Assembly (NCBI GenBank): GCA_964016885.1
Contig: OZ024758.1
Coordinates: 29,636,001 to 29,700,000, forward strand
Source of the DNA: Eledone cirrhosa
Taxonomy: Eukaryota
Reading direction: 5' to 3'
DNA: 64,000 nt
The position numbers and the translations under genes were made by a program. Under the pieces are notes generated by a model. The model worked only from the letters and a program-made list of their open reading frames with translations. It did not search any database and was not told where the DNA came from. Below, in pieces: positions 25,651 to 40,920 of the stretch; position 1 is the stretch's first letter, and every line of letters starts with the position of its first letter.

Positions 25651-28099
25651 TCATAACATTATTGGAAGTCATGTAAGACTTTTTGTTGTTGCTATCATGA
25701 AATTATTGGAAGTCATGTAAGTCTTTTTGTTGTTGCTATCATAAAATTATTGGAAGTCATGTAAGTGTTTTTGTTGTTGCTATCATAACATTATTGGAAG
25801 TCATGTAAGACTTTTTGTTGTTGCTATCATGAAATTATTGGAAGTCATGTAAGTCTTTTTGTTGTTGCTATCATAAAATTATTGGAAATCATGTAAGTCT
25901 TTTTTGTTGTTGCTATCATAACATTATTGGAAATCATGTAAGTCTTTTTCTTGTTGCTATCATAAAAATATTGGAAGTCATGTAAGTCTTTTTGTTGTTG
26001 CTATCATAAAATTATTGGAAATCATGTAAGTCTTTTTGTTGTTGCTATCATAACATTATTGGAAATCATGTAAGTCTTTTTCTTGTTGCTATCATGAAAT
26101 TATTGGAAGTCATGTAAGTCTTTTTGTTGTTGCTATCATAAAATTATTGGAAGTAATGTAAGTCTTTTTGTTGTTGCTATCATAAAATTATTGGAAGTCA
26201 TGTAAGTCTTTTTGTTGTTGCTATCATAAAATTATTGGAAGTCATGTAAGTCTTTTTGTTGTTGCTATCATAAAATTATTGGAATTAATGTAAGTCTTTT
26301 TGTTGTTGCTATCATAAAATTATTGGAAGTCATGTAAGTCTTTTTGTTGTTGCTATCATAAAATTATTGGAAGTCATGTAAGTCTTTTTGTTGTTGCTAT
26401 CATAAAATTATTGGAAGTCATGTAAGTCTTTTTGTTGTTGCTATCATAAAATTATTGGAAGTAATGTAAGTCTTTTTGTTGTTGCTATCATACAATTATT
26501 GGAAGTCATGTAAGTCTTTTTGTTGTTGCTATCTTAAAATTATTGGAAGTAATGTAAGTCTTTTTGTTGTTGCTATCATAAAATTATTGGAAGTCATATC
26601 AGTCTTTTTGTTGTTGCTATCATAAAATTATTGGAAGTCATGTAAGTCTTTTTGTTGTTGCTATCATAAAATTATTGGAAGTCATGTAAGTCATTTTGTT
26701 GTTGCTATCATAAAATTATTGGAAGTCATGTAAGTCTTTTTGTTGTTGCTATCATAAAATTATTTGAAGTAATGTGTCTTTTTGTTGTTGCTATCATAAA
26801 ATTATTGGAAGTAATGTAAGTCTTTTTGTTGTTGCTATCATAAAATTATTGGAAGTAATGTAAGTATTTTTGTTGTTGCTATCATAAAATTATTGGAAGT
26901 CATGTAAGTCTTTTTGTTGTTGCTATCATAAAATTATTGGAAGTCATGTAAGTCTTTTTGTTGTTGCTATCATAAAATTATTTGAAGTAATGTGTCTTTT
27001 TGTTGTTGCTATCATAAAATTATTTGAAGTAATGTGTCTTTCTGTTGTTGCTATCATAAAATTATTTGAAGTAATGTGTCTTTTTGTTGTTGCTATCATA
27101 AAATTATTGAAAGTAATGTAAGTCTTTTTGTTGTTGCTATCATAAAATTATTGGAAGTCATGTAAGTCTTTTTGTTGTTGCTATCATAAAATTATTGGAA
27201 GTAATGTGTTTTTTTGTTGTTGCTATCATAAAATTATTGGAAGTAATGTAAGTCTTTTTGTTGTTGCTATCATAAAATTATAGGAAGTCATGTCAGTCTT
27301 TTTGTTGTTCCTATCATAAAATTATTGGAAGTCATGTAAGTGTTTTTGTTGTTGCTATCATAAAATTATTGGAAGTAATGTAAGTCTTTTTGATGTTGCT
27401 ATCATAAAATTATTGGAAGTCATGTAAGACTTTTTGTTGTTGGTATCATAAAATTATTGGAAGTCATGTAAGTCTTTTTGTTGTTGGTATCATAAAATTA
27501 TTGGAAGTCATGTAAGTCTTTTTGTTGTTGGTATCATAAAATTATTGGAAGTCATGTAAGACTTTTTGTTGTTGCTATCATGAAATTATTGGAAGTCATG
27601 TAAGTCTTTTTGTTGATGGTATCATAAAATTATTGGAAGTCATGTAAGTCTTTTTGTTGTTGGTATCATAAAATTATTGGAAGTCATGTAAGTGTTTTTC
27701 TTGCTATCATAAAATTATTGGAGGTCATATAAGTCTTTTTGTTGTTGCTATCATAAAATTATTGGAAGTCATGTATGTCTTTTTGTTGTTGCCATCATAC
27801 AATTATTGGAAGTCATGTAAGTCTTTTTGTTGTTGGTATCATAAAATTATTGGAAGTCATGTAAGTGTTTTTGTTGCTATCATAAAATTATTGGAAGTGA
27901 TGTAAGTCTTTTTGTTGTTGCTATCATAAAATTATTGGAAGTCTTGTAAGTCTTTTTGTGGTTGTTATAATAAAATTATTGAAGTCATGTAAGTGTTTTT
28001 GTTGTTGGTATCATAAAATTATTGGAAGTCATGTAAGTCTTTTTGTTGTTGGTATCATAAAATTATTGGAAGTAATGCAAGTCTTTTTGTTGTTGCTAT

Positions 28100-30950
28100 C
28101 ATAAAATTATTGGAAGTCATGTAAGTGTTTTTGTTGTTGCTATCATAAAATTATTGGAAGTCATGTAAGTCTTTTTGTTGTTGCTATCATAAAATTATTG
28201 GAAGTCTTGTAAGTCTTTTTGTGGTTGTTATAATAAAATTATTGAAGTCATGTAAGTGTTTTTGTTGTTGGTATCATAAAATTATTGGAAGTCATGTAAG
28301 TCTTTTTGTTGTTGCTATCATAAAATTATTGGAAGTAATGTAAGTCTTTTTGTTGTTGCTATCATAAAATTATTGGAAGTCATGTAAGTCTTTTTGTTGT
28401 TGCTATCATAAAATTATTGGAAGTCATGTAAGTCTTTTTGTTGTTGCTATCATAAAATTATTGGAAGTAATGTAAGTTTTTTGTTGTTGCTATCATAAAA
28501 TTATTGGAAGTCATGTCAGTCTTTTTGTTGTTGCTATCATAAAATTATTGGAAGTCATGTAAGTCTTTTTGTTGTTGCTATCATAAAAATATTGGAAGTC
28601 ACGTAAGTCTTTTTGTTGTTGCTATCATAAAATTATTGGAAGTCATGTAAGTCTTTTTGGTGTTGCTATCATAAAATTATTGGAAGTCATGTAAGTCTTT
28701 TTGTTGTTGCTATCATAAAATTATTGGAATTAATGTAAGTCTTTTTGTTGTTGCTATCATAAAATTATTGGAAGTCATGTAAGTCTTTTTGTTGTTGCTA
28801 TCATAAAATTATTGGAAGTCATGTAAGTCTTTTTGTTGTTGCTATCATAAAATTATTGGAAGTAATGTAAGTCTTTTTGTTGTTGCTATCATACAATTAT
28901 TGGAAGTCATGTAAGTCTTTTTGTTGTTGCTATCTTAAAATTATTGGAAGTAATGTAAGTCTTTTTGTTGTTGCTATCATAAAATTATTGGAAGTCATAT
29001 CAGTCTTTTTGTTGTTGCTATCATAAAATTATTGGAAGTCATGTAAGTCTTTTTGTTGTTGCTATCATAAAATTATTGGAAGTCATGTAAGTCATTTTGT
29101 TGTTGCTATCATGAAATTATTGGAAGTCATGTAAGTCTTTTTGTTGTTGCTATCATAAAATTATTTGAAGTAATGTAAGTGTTTTTGTTGTTGCTATCAT
29201 AAAATTATTGGAAGTAATGTGTCTTTTTGTTGTTGCTATCATAAAATTATTGGAAGTAATGTAAGTCTTTTTGTTGTTGCTATCATAAAATTATTGGAAG
29301 TCATGTAAGTCTTTTTGTTGTTGCTATTATAAAATTATTTGAAAGTCCTGTAAGTGTTTTTGTTGTTGCTATCATAAAATTATAGGAAGTCATGTCAGTC
29401 TTTTTGTTGTTCCTATCATAAAATTATTGGAAGTCATGTAAGTGTTTTTGTTGTTGCTATCATAAAATTATTGGAAGTAATGTAAGTCTTTTTGATGTTG
29501 CTATCATAAAATTATTGGAAGTCATGTAAGACTTTTTGTTGTTGGTATCATAAAATTATTGGAAGTCATGTAAGTGTTTTTGTTGTTGCTATCATAAAAT
29601 TATTGGAAGTCATGTAAGTCTTTTTGTTGTTGCTATCATAAAATTATTGGAAGTCTTGTAAGTCTTTTTGTGGTTGTTATAATAAAATTATTGAAGTCAT
29701 GTAAGTGTTTTTGTTGTTGGTATCATAAAATTATTGGAAGTCATGTAAGTCTTTTTGTTGTTGCTATCATAAAATTATTGGAAGTAATGTAAGTCTTTTT
29801 GTTGTTGCTATCATAAAATTATTGGAAGTCATGTAATTCTTTTTGTTGTTGCTATCATAAAATTATTGGAAGTCATGTAAGTCTTTTTGTTGTTGCTATC
29901 ATAAAATTATTGGAAGTAATGTAAGTTTTTTGTTGTTGCTATCATAAAATTATTGGAAGTCATGTCAGTCTTTTTGTTGTTGCTATCATAAAATTATTGG
30001 AAGTCATGTAAGTCTTTTTGTTGTTGCTATCATAAAAATATTGGAAGTCACGTAAGTCTTTTTGTTGTTGCTATCATAAAATTATTGGAAGTCATGTAAG
30101 TCTTTTTGGTGTTGCTATCATAAAATTATTGGAAGTCATGTAAGTCTTTTTGTTGTTGCTATCATAAAATTATTGGAAGTCATGTAAGTCTTTTTGTTGT
30201 TGCTATCATAAAATTATTGGAAGTAATGTAAGTCTTTTTGTTGTTGCTATCATACAATTATTGGAAGTCATGTAAGTCTTTTTGTTGTTGCTATCTTAAA
30301 ATTATTGGAAGTAATGTAAGTCTTTTTGTTGTTGCTATCATAAAATTATTGGAAGTCATATCAGTCTTTTTGTTGTTGCTATCATAAAATTATTGGAAGT
30401 CATGTAAGTCTTTTTGTTGTTGCTATCATAAAATTATTGGAAGTCATGTAAGTCATTTTGTTGTTGCTATCATGAAATTATTGGAAGTCATGTAAGTCTT
30501 TTTGTTGTTGCTATCATAAAATTATTTGAAGTAATGTAAGTGTTTTTGTTGTTGCTATCATAAAATTATTGGAAGTAATGTGTCTTTTTGTTGTTGCTAT
30601 CATAAAATTATTGGAAGTAATGTAAGTCTTTTTGTTGTTGCTATCATAAAATTATTGGAAGTCATGTAAGTCTTTTTGTTGTTGCTATTATAAAATTATT
30701 TGAAAGTCCTGTAAGTGTTTTTGTTGTTGCTATCATAAAATTATAGGAAGTCATGTCAGTCTTTTTGTTGTTCCTATCATAAAATTATTGGAAGTCATGT
30801 AAGTGTTTTTGTTGTTGCTATCATAAAATTATTGGAAGTAATGTAAGTCTTTTTGATGTTGCTATCATAAAATTATTGGAAGTCATGTAAGACTTTTTGT
30901 TGTTGGTATCATAAAATTATTGGAAGTCATGTAAGTCTTTTTGTTGTTGG
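28100..30950 (+). repeat. Tandem duplication of about 1.4 kb
   Basis: TTTTGGTGTT (GG at 28659/30108, offset 1449). GTCATTTT followed by CATGAAA at 29091/30452 and GAAAGTCCTG at 29341/30702 (offset 1361, two monomers shorter). Confidence 0.8.
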
Positions 30951-31259
30951 TATCATAAAATTATTGGAAGTCATGTAAGTCTTTTTGTTTTTGGTATCAT
31001 AAAATTATTGGAAGTCATGTAAGACTTTTTGTTGTTGCTATCATGAAATTATTGGAAGTCATGTAAGTCTTTTTGTTGTTGGTATCATAAAATTATTGGA
31101 AGTCATGTAAGTCTTTTTGTTGTTGGTATCATAAAATTATTGGAAGTCATGTAAGTGTTTTTGTTGCTATCATAAAATTATTGTAGGTCATATAAGTCTT
31201 TTTGTTGTTGCTATCATAAAATTATTGGAAGTCATGTATGTCTTTTTTTTTGTTGCTAT

Positions 31260-33660
31260 CATAAAATTATTGGAAGGCATGTAAGTCTTTTTGTTGTTGG
31301 TATCATAAAATTATTGGAAGTCATGTAAGTGTTTTTGTTGCTATCATAAAATTATTGGAAGTGATGTAAGTGTTTTTGTTGTTGCTATCATAAAATTATT
31401 AGAAGTCATGTAAGTCTTTTTGTTGTTGCTATCATAAAATTATTGGAAGTCATGTAAGTCTTTTTGTTGTTGCTATCATAAAATTATTGGAAGTCTTGTA
31501 AGTCTTTTTGTGGTTGTTATAATAAAATTATTGAAGTCATGCAAGTGTTTTTGTTGTTGGTATCATAAAATTATTGGAAGTCATGTAAGTCTTTTTGTTG
31601 TTGGTATCATAAAATTATTGGAAGTAATGTAAGTCTTTTTGTTGTTGCTATCATAAAATTATTGGAAGTCATGTAAGTGTTTTTGTTGTTGCTATCATAA
31701 AATTATTGGAAGTCATGTAAGTCTTTTTGTTGTTGCTATCATAAAATTATTGGAAGTCTTGTAAGTCTTTTTGTGGTTGTTATAATAAAATTATTGAAGT
31801 CATGTAAGTGTTTTTGTTGTTGGTATCATAAAATTATTGGAAGTCATGTAAGTCGTTTTGTTGTTGCTATCATAAAATTATTGGAAGTAATGTAAGTCTT
31901 TTTGTTGTTGCTATCATAAAATTATTGGAAGTCATGTAAGTCTTTTTGTTGTTGCTATCATAAAATTATTGGAAGTCATGTAAGTCTTTTTGTTGTTGCT
32001 ATCATACAATTATTGGAAGTCATGTAAGTCTTTTTGTTGTTGCTATCTTAAAATTATTGGAAGTAATGTAAGTCTTTTTGTTGTTGCTATCATAAAATTA
32101 TTGGAAGTCATATCAGTCTTTTTGTTGTTGCTATCATAAAATTATTGGAAGTAACGTAAGTTTTTTGTTGTTGCTATCATAAAATTATTGGAAGTCATGT
32201 CAGTCTTTTTGTTGTTGCTATCATAAAATTATTGGAAGTCATGTAAGTCTTTTTGTTGTTGCTATCATAAAAATATTGGAAGTCACGTAAGTCTTTTTGT
32301 TGTTGCTATCATAAAATTATTGGAAGTCATGTAAGTCTTTTTGGTGTTGCTATCATAAAATTATTGGAAGTCATGTAAGTCTTTTTGTTGTTGCTATCAT
32401 AAAATTATTGGAAATCATGTAAGTCTTTTTTGTTGTTGCTATCATAACATTATTGGAAATCATGTAAGTCTTTTTCTTGTTGCTATCATAAAAATATTGG
32501 AAGTCATGTAAGTCTTTTTATTGTTGCTATCATAAAATTATTGGAAATCATGTAAGTCTTTTTGTTGTTGCTATCATAACATTATTGGAAATCATGTAAG
32601 ACTTTTTCTTGTTGCTATCATGAAATTATTGGAAGTCATGTAAGTCTTTTTGTTGTTGCTATCATAAAATTATTGGAAGTAATGTAAGTCTTTTTGTTGT
32701 TGCTATCATAAAATTATTGGAAGTCATGTAAGTCTTTTTGTTGTTGCTATCATAAAATTATTGGAAGTCATGTAAGTCTTTTTGTTGTTGCTATCATAAA
32801 ATTATTGGAATTAATGTAAGTCTTTTTGTTGTTGCTATCATAAAATTATTGGAAGTAATGTAAGTTTTTTGTTGTTGCTATCATAAAATTATTGGAAGTC
32901 ATGTCAGTCTTTTTGTTGTTGCTATCATAAAATTATTGGCAGGCATGTATGTCTTTTTGTTGTTGGTATCATAAAATTATTGGAAGTCATGTAAGTGTTT
33001 TTGTTGCTATCATAAAATTATTGGAAGTGATGTAAGTGTTTTTGTTGTTGCTATCATAAAATTATTAGAAGTCATGTAAGTCTTTTTGTTGTTGCTATCA
33101 TAAAATTATTGGAAGTCATGTAAGTCTTTTTGTTGTTGCTATCATAAAATTATTGGAAGTCTTGTAAGTCTTTTTGTGGTTGTTATAATAAAATTATTGA
33201 AGTCATGCAAGTGTTTTTGTTGTTGGTATCATAAAATTATTGGAAGTCATGTAAATCTTTTTGTTGTTGGTATCATAAAATTATTGGAAGTAATGTAGGT
33301 CTTTTTGTTGTTGCTATCATAAAATTATTGGAAGTCATGTAAGTGTTTTTGTTGTTGCTATCATAAAATTATTGGAAGTCATGTAAGTCTTTTTGTTGTT
33401 GCTATCATAAAATTATTGGAAGTCTTGTAAGTCTTTTTGTGGTTGTTATAATAAAATTATTGAAGTCATGTAAGTGTTTTTGTTGTTGGTATCATAAAAT
33501 TATTGGAAGTCATGTAAGTCTTTTTGTTGTTGCTATCATAAAATTATTGGAAGTAATGTAAGTCTTTTTGTTGTTGCTATCATAAAATTATTGGAAGTCA
33601 TGTAAGTCTTTTTGTTGTTGCTATCATAAATTATTGGAAGTCATGTAAGTCTTTTTGTTG
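31260..33660 (+). repeat. Duplicated block of about 0.7 kb at offset 1,666
   Basis: AGGCAT at 31275/32941 and CATGCAAG (GCAA at 31541/33207), followed by the same order of variants. Confidence 0.78.
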
Positions 33661-34599
33661 TTGCTATCATAAAATTATTGGAAGTAATGTAAGTTTTTTG
33701 TTGTTGCTATCATAAAATTATTGGAAGTCATGTCAGTCTTTTTGTTGTTGCTATCATAAAATTATTGGAAGTCATGTAAGTCTTTTTGTTGTTGCTATCA
33801 TAAAAATATTGGAAGTCACGTAAGTCTTTTTGTTGTTGCTATCATAAAATTATTGGAAGTCATGTAAGTCTTTTTGGTGTTGCTATCATAAAATTATTGG
33901 AAGTCATGTAAGTCTTTTTGTTGTTGCTATCATAAAATTATTGGAAGTCATGTAAGTCTTTTTGTTGTTGCTATCATAAAATTATTGGAAGTAATATAAG
34001 TCTTTTTGTTGTTGCTATCATAAAATTATTGGAAGTCATGTAAGTCTTTCTGTTGTTGCTATCATAAAATTATTGGAAATCATGTAAGTCTTTTTTGTTG
34101 TTGCTATCATAACATTATTGGAAATCATGTAAGTCTTTTTCTTGTTGCTATCATAAAAATATTGGAAGTCATGTAAGTCTTTTTGTTGTTGCTATCATAA
34201 AATTATTGGAAATCATGTAAGTCTTTTTGTTGTTGCTATCATAACATTATTGGAAATCATGTAAGTCTTTTTCTTGTTGCTATCATGAAATTATTGGAAG
34301 TCATGTAAGTCTTTTTGTTGTTGCTATCATAAAATTATTGGAAGTAATGTAAGTCTTTTTGTTGTTGCTATCATAAAATTATTGGAAGTCATGTAAGTCT
34401 TTTTGTTGTTGCTATCATAAAATTATTGGAAGTCATGTAAGTCTTTTTGTTGTTGCTATCATAAAATTATTGGAATTAATGTAAGTCTTTTTGTTGTTGC
34501 TATCATAAAATTATTGGAAGTAATGTAAGTTTTTTGTTGTTGCTATCATAAAATTATTGGAAGTCATGTCAGTCTTTTTGTTGTTGCTATCATAAAATT

Positions 34600-37500
34600 A
34601 TTGGAAGTCATGTAAGTCTTTTTGTTGTTGCTATCATAAAAATATTGGAAGTCACGTAAGTCTTTTTGTTGTTGCTATCATAAAATTATTGGAAGTCATG
34701 TAAGTCTTTTTGTTGTTGCTATCATAAAATTATTGGAAGTCATGTAAGTCTTTTTGTTGTTGCTATCATAAAATTATTGGAAGTCATGTAAGTCTTTTTG
34801 TTGTTGCTATCATAAAATTATTGGAAGTCATGTAAGTCTTTTTGTTGTTGCTATCATAAAATTATTGGAAGTCATGTAAGTCTTTTTGTTGTTGCTATCA
34901 TAAAATTATTGGAAGTCATATCAGTCTTTTTGTTGTTGTTATCATAAAATTATTGGAAGTCATGTAAGTCTTTTTGTTGTTGCTATCATAAAATTATTGG
35001 AAGTCATAACAGTGTTTTTGTTGTTGCTATCATAAAATTATTGGAAGTAATGTAAGTCTTTTTGATGTTGCTATCATAAAATTATTGGAAGTCATGTAAG
35101 TGTTTTTGTTGTTGCTATCATAAAATTATTGGAAGTAATATAAGTGTTTTTGTTGTTGCTATTATAAAATTATTGGAAGTCATGTAAGTGTTTTTGTTGT
35201 TGTTATCATAAAATTATTGGAAGTCATGTAAGTCTTTTTGTTGTTGCTATCATAAAATTATTGGAAGTCATAACAGTGTTTTTGTTGTTGCTATCATAAA
35301 ATTATTGGAAGTAATGTAAGTCTTTTTGATGTTGCTATCATAAAATTATTGGAAGTCGTGTAAGTCTTTTTGTTGTTGCTATCATAAAATTATTGGAAGT
35401 CGTGTAAGTCTTTTTGTTGTTGCTATCATAAAATTATTGGAAGTCATGTAAGTCTTTTTGTTGTTGCTATCATAAAATTATTGGAAGTCATGTAAGTCTT
35501 TTTGTTGTTGCTATCATAAAATTATTGGAAGTCATATCAGTCTTTTTGTTGTTGCTATCATAAAATTATTGGAAATCATTTAAGTCTTTTTGTTGTTGCT
35601 ATCATAAAATTATTGGAAGTAATGTAAGTCTTTTTGTTGTTGCTATCATAAAATTATTTGAAGTAATGTAAGTGATTTTGTTGTTGCTATCATAAAATTA
35701 TTGGAAGTAATGTAACTCTTTTTGTTGTTGCTATCATAAAATTATTGGAAGTAACGTAAGTCTTTTTGTTGTTGATATCATAAAATTATTGGAAGTCATG
35801 TAAGTCTTTTTGTTGTTGATATCATAAAATTATTGGAAGTCATGTAAGTCTTTTTGTTGTTGGTATCATAAGATTATTGGAAGTCATGTAAGTCTTTTTG
35901 TTGTTGGTATCATAAAATTATTGGAAGTCATGTAAGACTTTTTGTTGTTGCTATCATGAAATTATTGGAAGTCATGTAAGTCTTTTTGTTGTTGCTATCA
36001 TAAAATTATTGGAAGTCATGTAAGTCTTTTTGTTGTTGCTATCATAAAATTATTGGAAGTCATGTAAGTCTTTTTGTTGTTGCTATCATAAAATTATTGG
36101 AAGTAATATAAGTGTTTTTGTTGTTCCTATCATAAAATTATTGGAAGTCATGTAAGTGTTTTTGTTGTTGCTATCATAAAATTATTGGAAGTAATATAAG
36201 TGTTTTTGTTGTTGCTATTATAAAATTATTGGAAGTCATGTAAGTGTTTTTGTTGTTGCTATCATAAAATTATTGGAAGTCATCTAAGTCTTTTTGTTGT
36301 TGCTATCATAAAATTATTGGAAGTCATGTAAGTCTTTTTGTTGTTGCTATCATAAAAATATTGGAAGTCACGTAAGTCTTTTTGTTGTTGCTATCATAAA
36401 ATTATTGGAAGTCATGTAAGTCTTTTTGTTGTTGCTATCATAAAATTATTGGAAGTCATGTAAGTCTTTTTGTTGTTGCTATCATAAAATTATTGGAAGT
36501 CATGTAAGTCTTTTTGTTGTTGCTATCATAAAATTATTGGAAGTCATGTAAGTCTTTTTGTTGTTGCTATCATAAAATTATTGGAAGTCATATCAGTCTT
36601 TTTGTTGTTGCTATCATAAAATTATTGGAAGTCATATCAGTCTTTTTGTTGTTGTTATCATAAAATTATTGGAAGTCATGTAAGTCTTTTTGTTGTTGCT
36701 ATCATAAAATTATTGGAAGTCATAACAGTGTTTTTGTTGTTGCTATCATAAAATTATTGGAAGTAATGTAAGTCTTTTTGATGTTGCTATCATAAAATTA
36801 TTGGAAGTCATGTAAGTGTTTTTGTTGTTGCTATCATAAAATTATTGGAAGTAATATAAGTGTTTTTGTTGTTGCTATTATAAAATTATTGGAAGTCATG
36901 TAAGTGTTTTTGTTGTTGCTATCATAAAATTATTGGAAGTCATATCAGTCTTTTTGTTGTTGTTATCATAAAATTATTGGAAGTCATGTAAGTCTTTTTG
37001 TTGTTGCTATCATAAAATTATTGGAAGTCATAACAGTGTTTTTGTTGTTGCTATCATAAAATTATTGGAAGTAATGTAAGTGTTTTTGATGTTGCTATCA
37101 TAAAATTATTGGAAGTCGTGTAAGTCTTTTTGTTGTTGCTATCATAAAATTATTGGAAGTCGTGTAAGTCTTTTTGTTGTTGCTATCATAAAATTATTGG
37201 AAGTCATGTAAGTCTTTTTGTTGTTGCTATCATAAAATTATTGGAAGTCATGTAAGTCTTTTCGTTGTTGCTATCATAAAATTATTGGAAGTCATATCAG
37301 TCTTTTTGTTGTTGCTATCATAAAATTATTGGAAATCATGTAAGTCTTTTTGTTGTTGCTATCATAAAATTATTGGAAGTAATGTAAGTCTTTTTGTTGT
37401 TGCTATCATAAAATTATTTGAAGTAATGTAAGTGATTTTGTTGTTGCTATCATAAAATTATTGGAAGTAATGTAACTCTTTTTGTTGTTGCTATCATAAA

Positions 37501-40500
37501 ATTATTGGAAGTAACGTAAGTCTTTTTGTTGTTGATATCATAAAATTATTGGAAGTCATGTAAGTCTTTTTGTTGTTGATATCATAAAATTATTGGAAGT
37601 CATGTAAGTCTTTTTGTTGTTGGTATCATAAGATTATTGGAAGTCATGTAAGTCTTTTTGTTGTTGGTATCATAAAATTATTGGAAGTCATGTAAGACTT
37701 TTTGTTGTTGCTATCATGAAATTATTGGAAGTCATGTAAGTCTTTTTGTTGTTGCTATCATAAAATTATTGGAAGTCATGTAAGTCTTTTTGTTGTTGCT
37801 ATCATAAAATTATTGGAAATCATGTAAGTCTTTTTTGTTGTTGCTATCATAACATTATTGGAAATCATGTAAATCTTTTTCTTGTTGCTATCATAAAAAT
37901 ATTGGAAGTCATGTAAGTCTTTTTGTTGTTGCTATCATAAAATTATTGGAAATCATGTAAGTCTTTTTGTTGTTGCTATCATAACATTATAGGAAATCAT
38001 GTAAGTCTTTTTCTTGTTGCTATCATAAAATTATTGGAAGTCATATCAGTCTTTTTGTTGTTGTTATCATAAAATTATTGGAAGTCATGTAAGTCTTTTT
38101 GTTGTTGCTATCATAAAATTATTGGAAGTCATAACAGTGTTTTTGTTGTTGCTATCATAAAATTATTGGAAGTAATGTAAGTCTTTTTGATGTTGCTATC
38201 ATAAAATTATTGGAAGTCATGTAAGTGTTTTTGTTGTTGCTATCATAAAATTATTGGAAGTAATATAAGTGTTTTTGTTGTTGCTATTATAAAATTATTG
38301 GAAGTCATGTAAGTGTTTTTGTTGTTGGTATCATAAAATTATTGGAAGTCATGTAAGTCTTTTTGTTGTTGCTATCATAAAATTATTGGAAGTCATGTAA
38401 GTCTTTTTGTTGTTGCTATCATAAAATTATTGGAAGTCGTGTAAGTCTTTTTGTTGTTGCTATCATAAAATTATTGGAAGTCGTGTAAGTCTTTTTGTTG
38501 TTGCTATCATAAAATTATTGGAAGTCATGTAAGTCTTTTTGTTGTTGCTATCATAAAATTATTGGAAGTCATGTAAGTCTTTTTGTTGTTGCTATCATAA
38601 AATTATTGGAAGTCATATCAGTCTTTTTGTTGTTGCTATCATAAAATTATTGGAAATCATGTAAGTCTTTTTGTTGTTGCTATCATAAAATTATTGGAAG
38701 TAATGTAAGTCTTTTTGTTGTTGCTATCATAAAATTATTTGAAGTAATGTAAGTGATTTTGTTGTTGCTATCATAAAATTATTGGAAGTAATGTAACTCT
38801 TTTTGTTGTTGCTATCATAAAATTATTGGAAGTAACGTAAGTCTTTTTGTTATTGATATCATAAAATTATTGGAAGTCATGTAAGTCTTTTTGTTGTTGA
38901 TATCATAAAATTATTGGAAGTCATGTAAGTCTTTTTGTTGTTGGTATCATAAGATTATTGGAAGTCATGTAAGTCTTTTTGTTGTTGGTATCATAAAATT
39001 ATTGGAAGTCATGTAAGTCTTTTTGTTGTTGCTATCATAAAATTATTGGAAGTCATATCAGTCTTTTTGTTGTTGCTATCATAAAATTATTGGAAGTCAT
39101 ATCAGTCTTTTTGTTGTTGTTATCATAAAATTATTGGAAGTCATGTAAGTCTTTTTGTTGTTGCTATCATAAAATTATTGGAAGTCATAACAGTGTTTTT
39201 GTTGTTGCTATCATAAAATTATTGGAAGTAATGTAAGTCTTTTTGATGTTGCTATCATAAAATTATTGGAAGTCATGTAAGTGTTTTTGTTGTTGCTATT
39301 ATAAAATTATTGGAAGTCATGTAAGTGTTTTTGTTGTTGCTATCATAAAATTATTGGAAGTCATGTAAGTCTTTTTGTTGTTGCTATCATAAAATTATTG
39401 GAAGTCATGTAAGTCTTTTTGTTGTTGCTATCATAAAATTATTGGAAGTCGTGTAAGTCTTTTTGTTGTTGCTATCATAAAATTATTGGAAGTCGTGTAA
39501 GTCTTTTTGTTGTTGCTATCATAAAATTATTGGAAGTCATGTAAGTCTTTTTGTTGTTGCTATCATAAAATTATTGGAAGTCATGTAAGTCTTTTTGTTG
39601 TTGCTATCATAAAATTATTGGAAGTCATATCAGTCTTTTTGTTGTTGCTATCATAAAATTATTGGAAATCATGTAAGTCTTTTTGTTGTTGCTATCATAA
39701 AATTATTGGAAGTAATGTAAGTCTTTTTGTTGTTGCTATCATAAAATTATTTGAAGTAATGTAAGTGATTTTGTTGTTGCTATCATAAAATTATTGGAAG
39801 TAATGTAACTCTTTTTGTTGTTGCTATCATAAAATTATTGGAAGTAACGTAAGTCTTTTTGTTGTTGATATCATAAAATTATTGGAAGTCATGTAAGTCT
39901 TTTTGTTGTTGCTATCATAAAATTATTGGAAGTCATGTAAGTCTTTTTGTTGTTGCTATCATAAAATTATTGGAAATCATGTAAGTCTTTTTTGTTGTTG
40001 CTATCATAACATTATTGGAAATCATGTAAGTCTTTTTCTTGTTGCTATCATAAAAATATTGGAAGTCATGTAAGTCTTTTTGTTGTTGCTATCATAAAAT
40101 TATTGGAAATCATGTAAGTCTTTTTGTTGTTGCTATCATAACATTATTGGAAATCATGTAAGTCTTTTTCTTGTTGCTATCATAAAATTATTGGAAGTCA
40201 TATCAGTCTTTTTGTTGTTGTTATCATAAAATTATTGGAAGTCATGTAAGTCTTTTTGTTGTTGCTATCATAAAATTATTGGAAGTCATAACAGTGTTTT
40301 TGTTGTTGCTATCATAAAATTATTGGAAGTAATGTAAGTCTTTTTGATGTTGCTATCATAAAATTATTGGAAGTCATGTAAGTGTTTTTGTTGTTGCTAT
40401 CATAAAATTATTGGAAGTAATATAAGTGTTTTTGTTGTTGCTATTATAAAATTATTGGAAGTCATGTAAGTGTTTTTGTTGTTGCTATCATAAAATTATT

Positions 40501-40920
40501 GGAAGTCATGTAAGTCTTTTTGTTGTTGCTATCATAAAATTATTGGAAGTCATGTAAGTCTTTTTGTTGTTGCTATCATAAAATTATTGGAAGTCATGTA
40601 AGTCTTTTTGTTGTTGCTATCATAAAATTATTGGAAGTCGTGTAAGTCTTTTTGTTGTTGCTATCATAAAATTATTGGAAGTCATGTAAGTCTTTTTGTT
40701 GTTGCTATCATAAAATTATTGGAAGTCATGTAAGTCTTTTTGTTGTTGCTATCATAAAATTATTGGAAGTCATATCAGTCTTTTTGTTGTTGCTATCATA
40801 AAATTATTGGAAATCATGTAAGTCTTTTTGTTGTTGCTATCATAAAATTATTGGAAGTAATGTAAGTCTTTTTGTTGTTGCTATCATAAAATTATTTGAA
40901 GTAATGTAAGTGATTTTGTT
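34600..40920 (+). repeat. Domain of five variable-length copies of one module set (periods 1760, 1321, 1012, 1145 bp)
   Basis: GTGATTTTG marker at 35672, 37432, 38753, 39765, 40910, i.e. 40, 30, 23 and 26 monomers apart. Associated with ATAACAGTG, TTTGATGTT, GTCGTG, GTAACTC, AACGTA and GTTGATATC variants. Confidence 0.85.
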
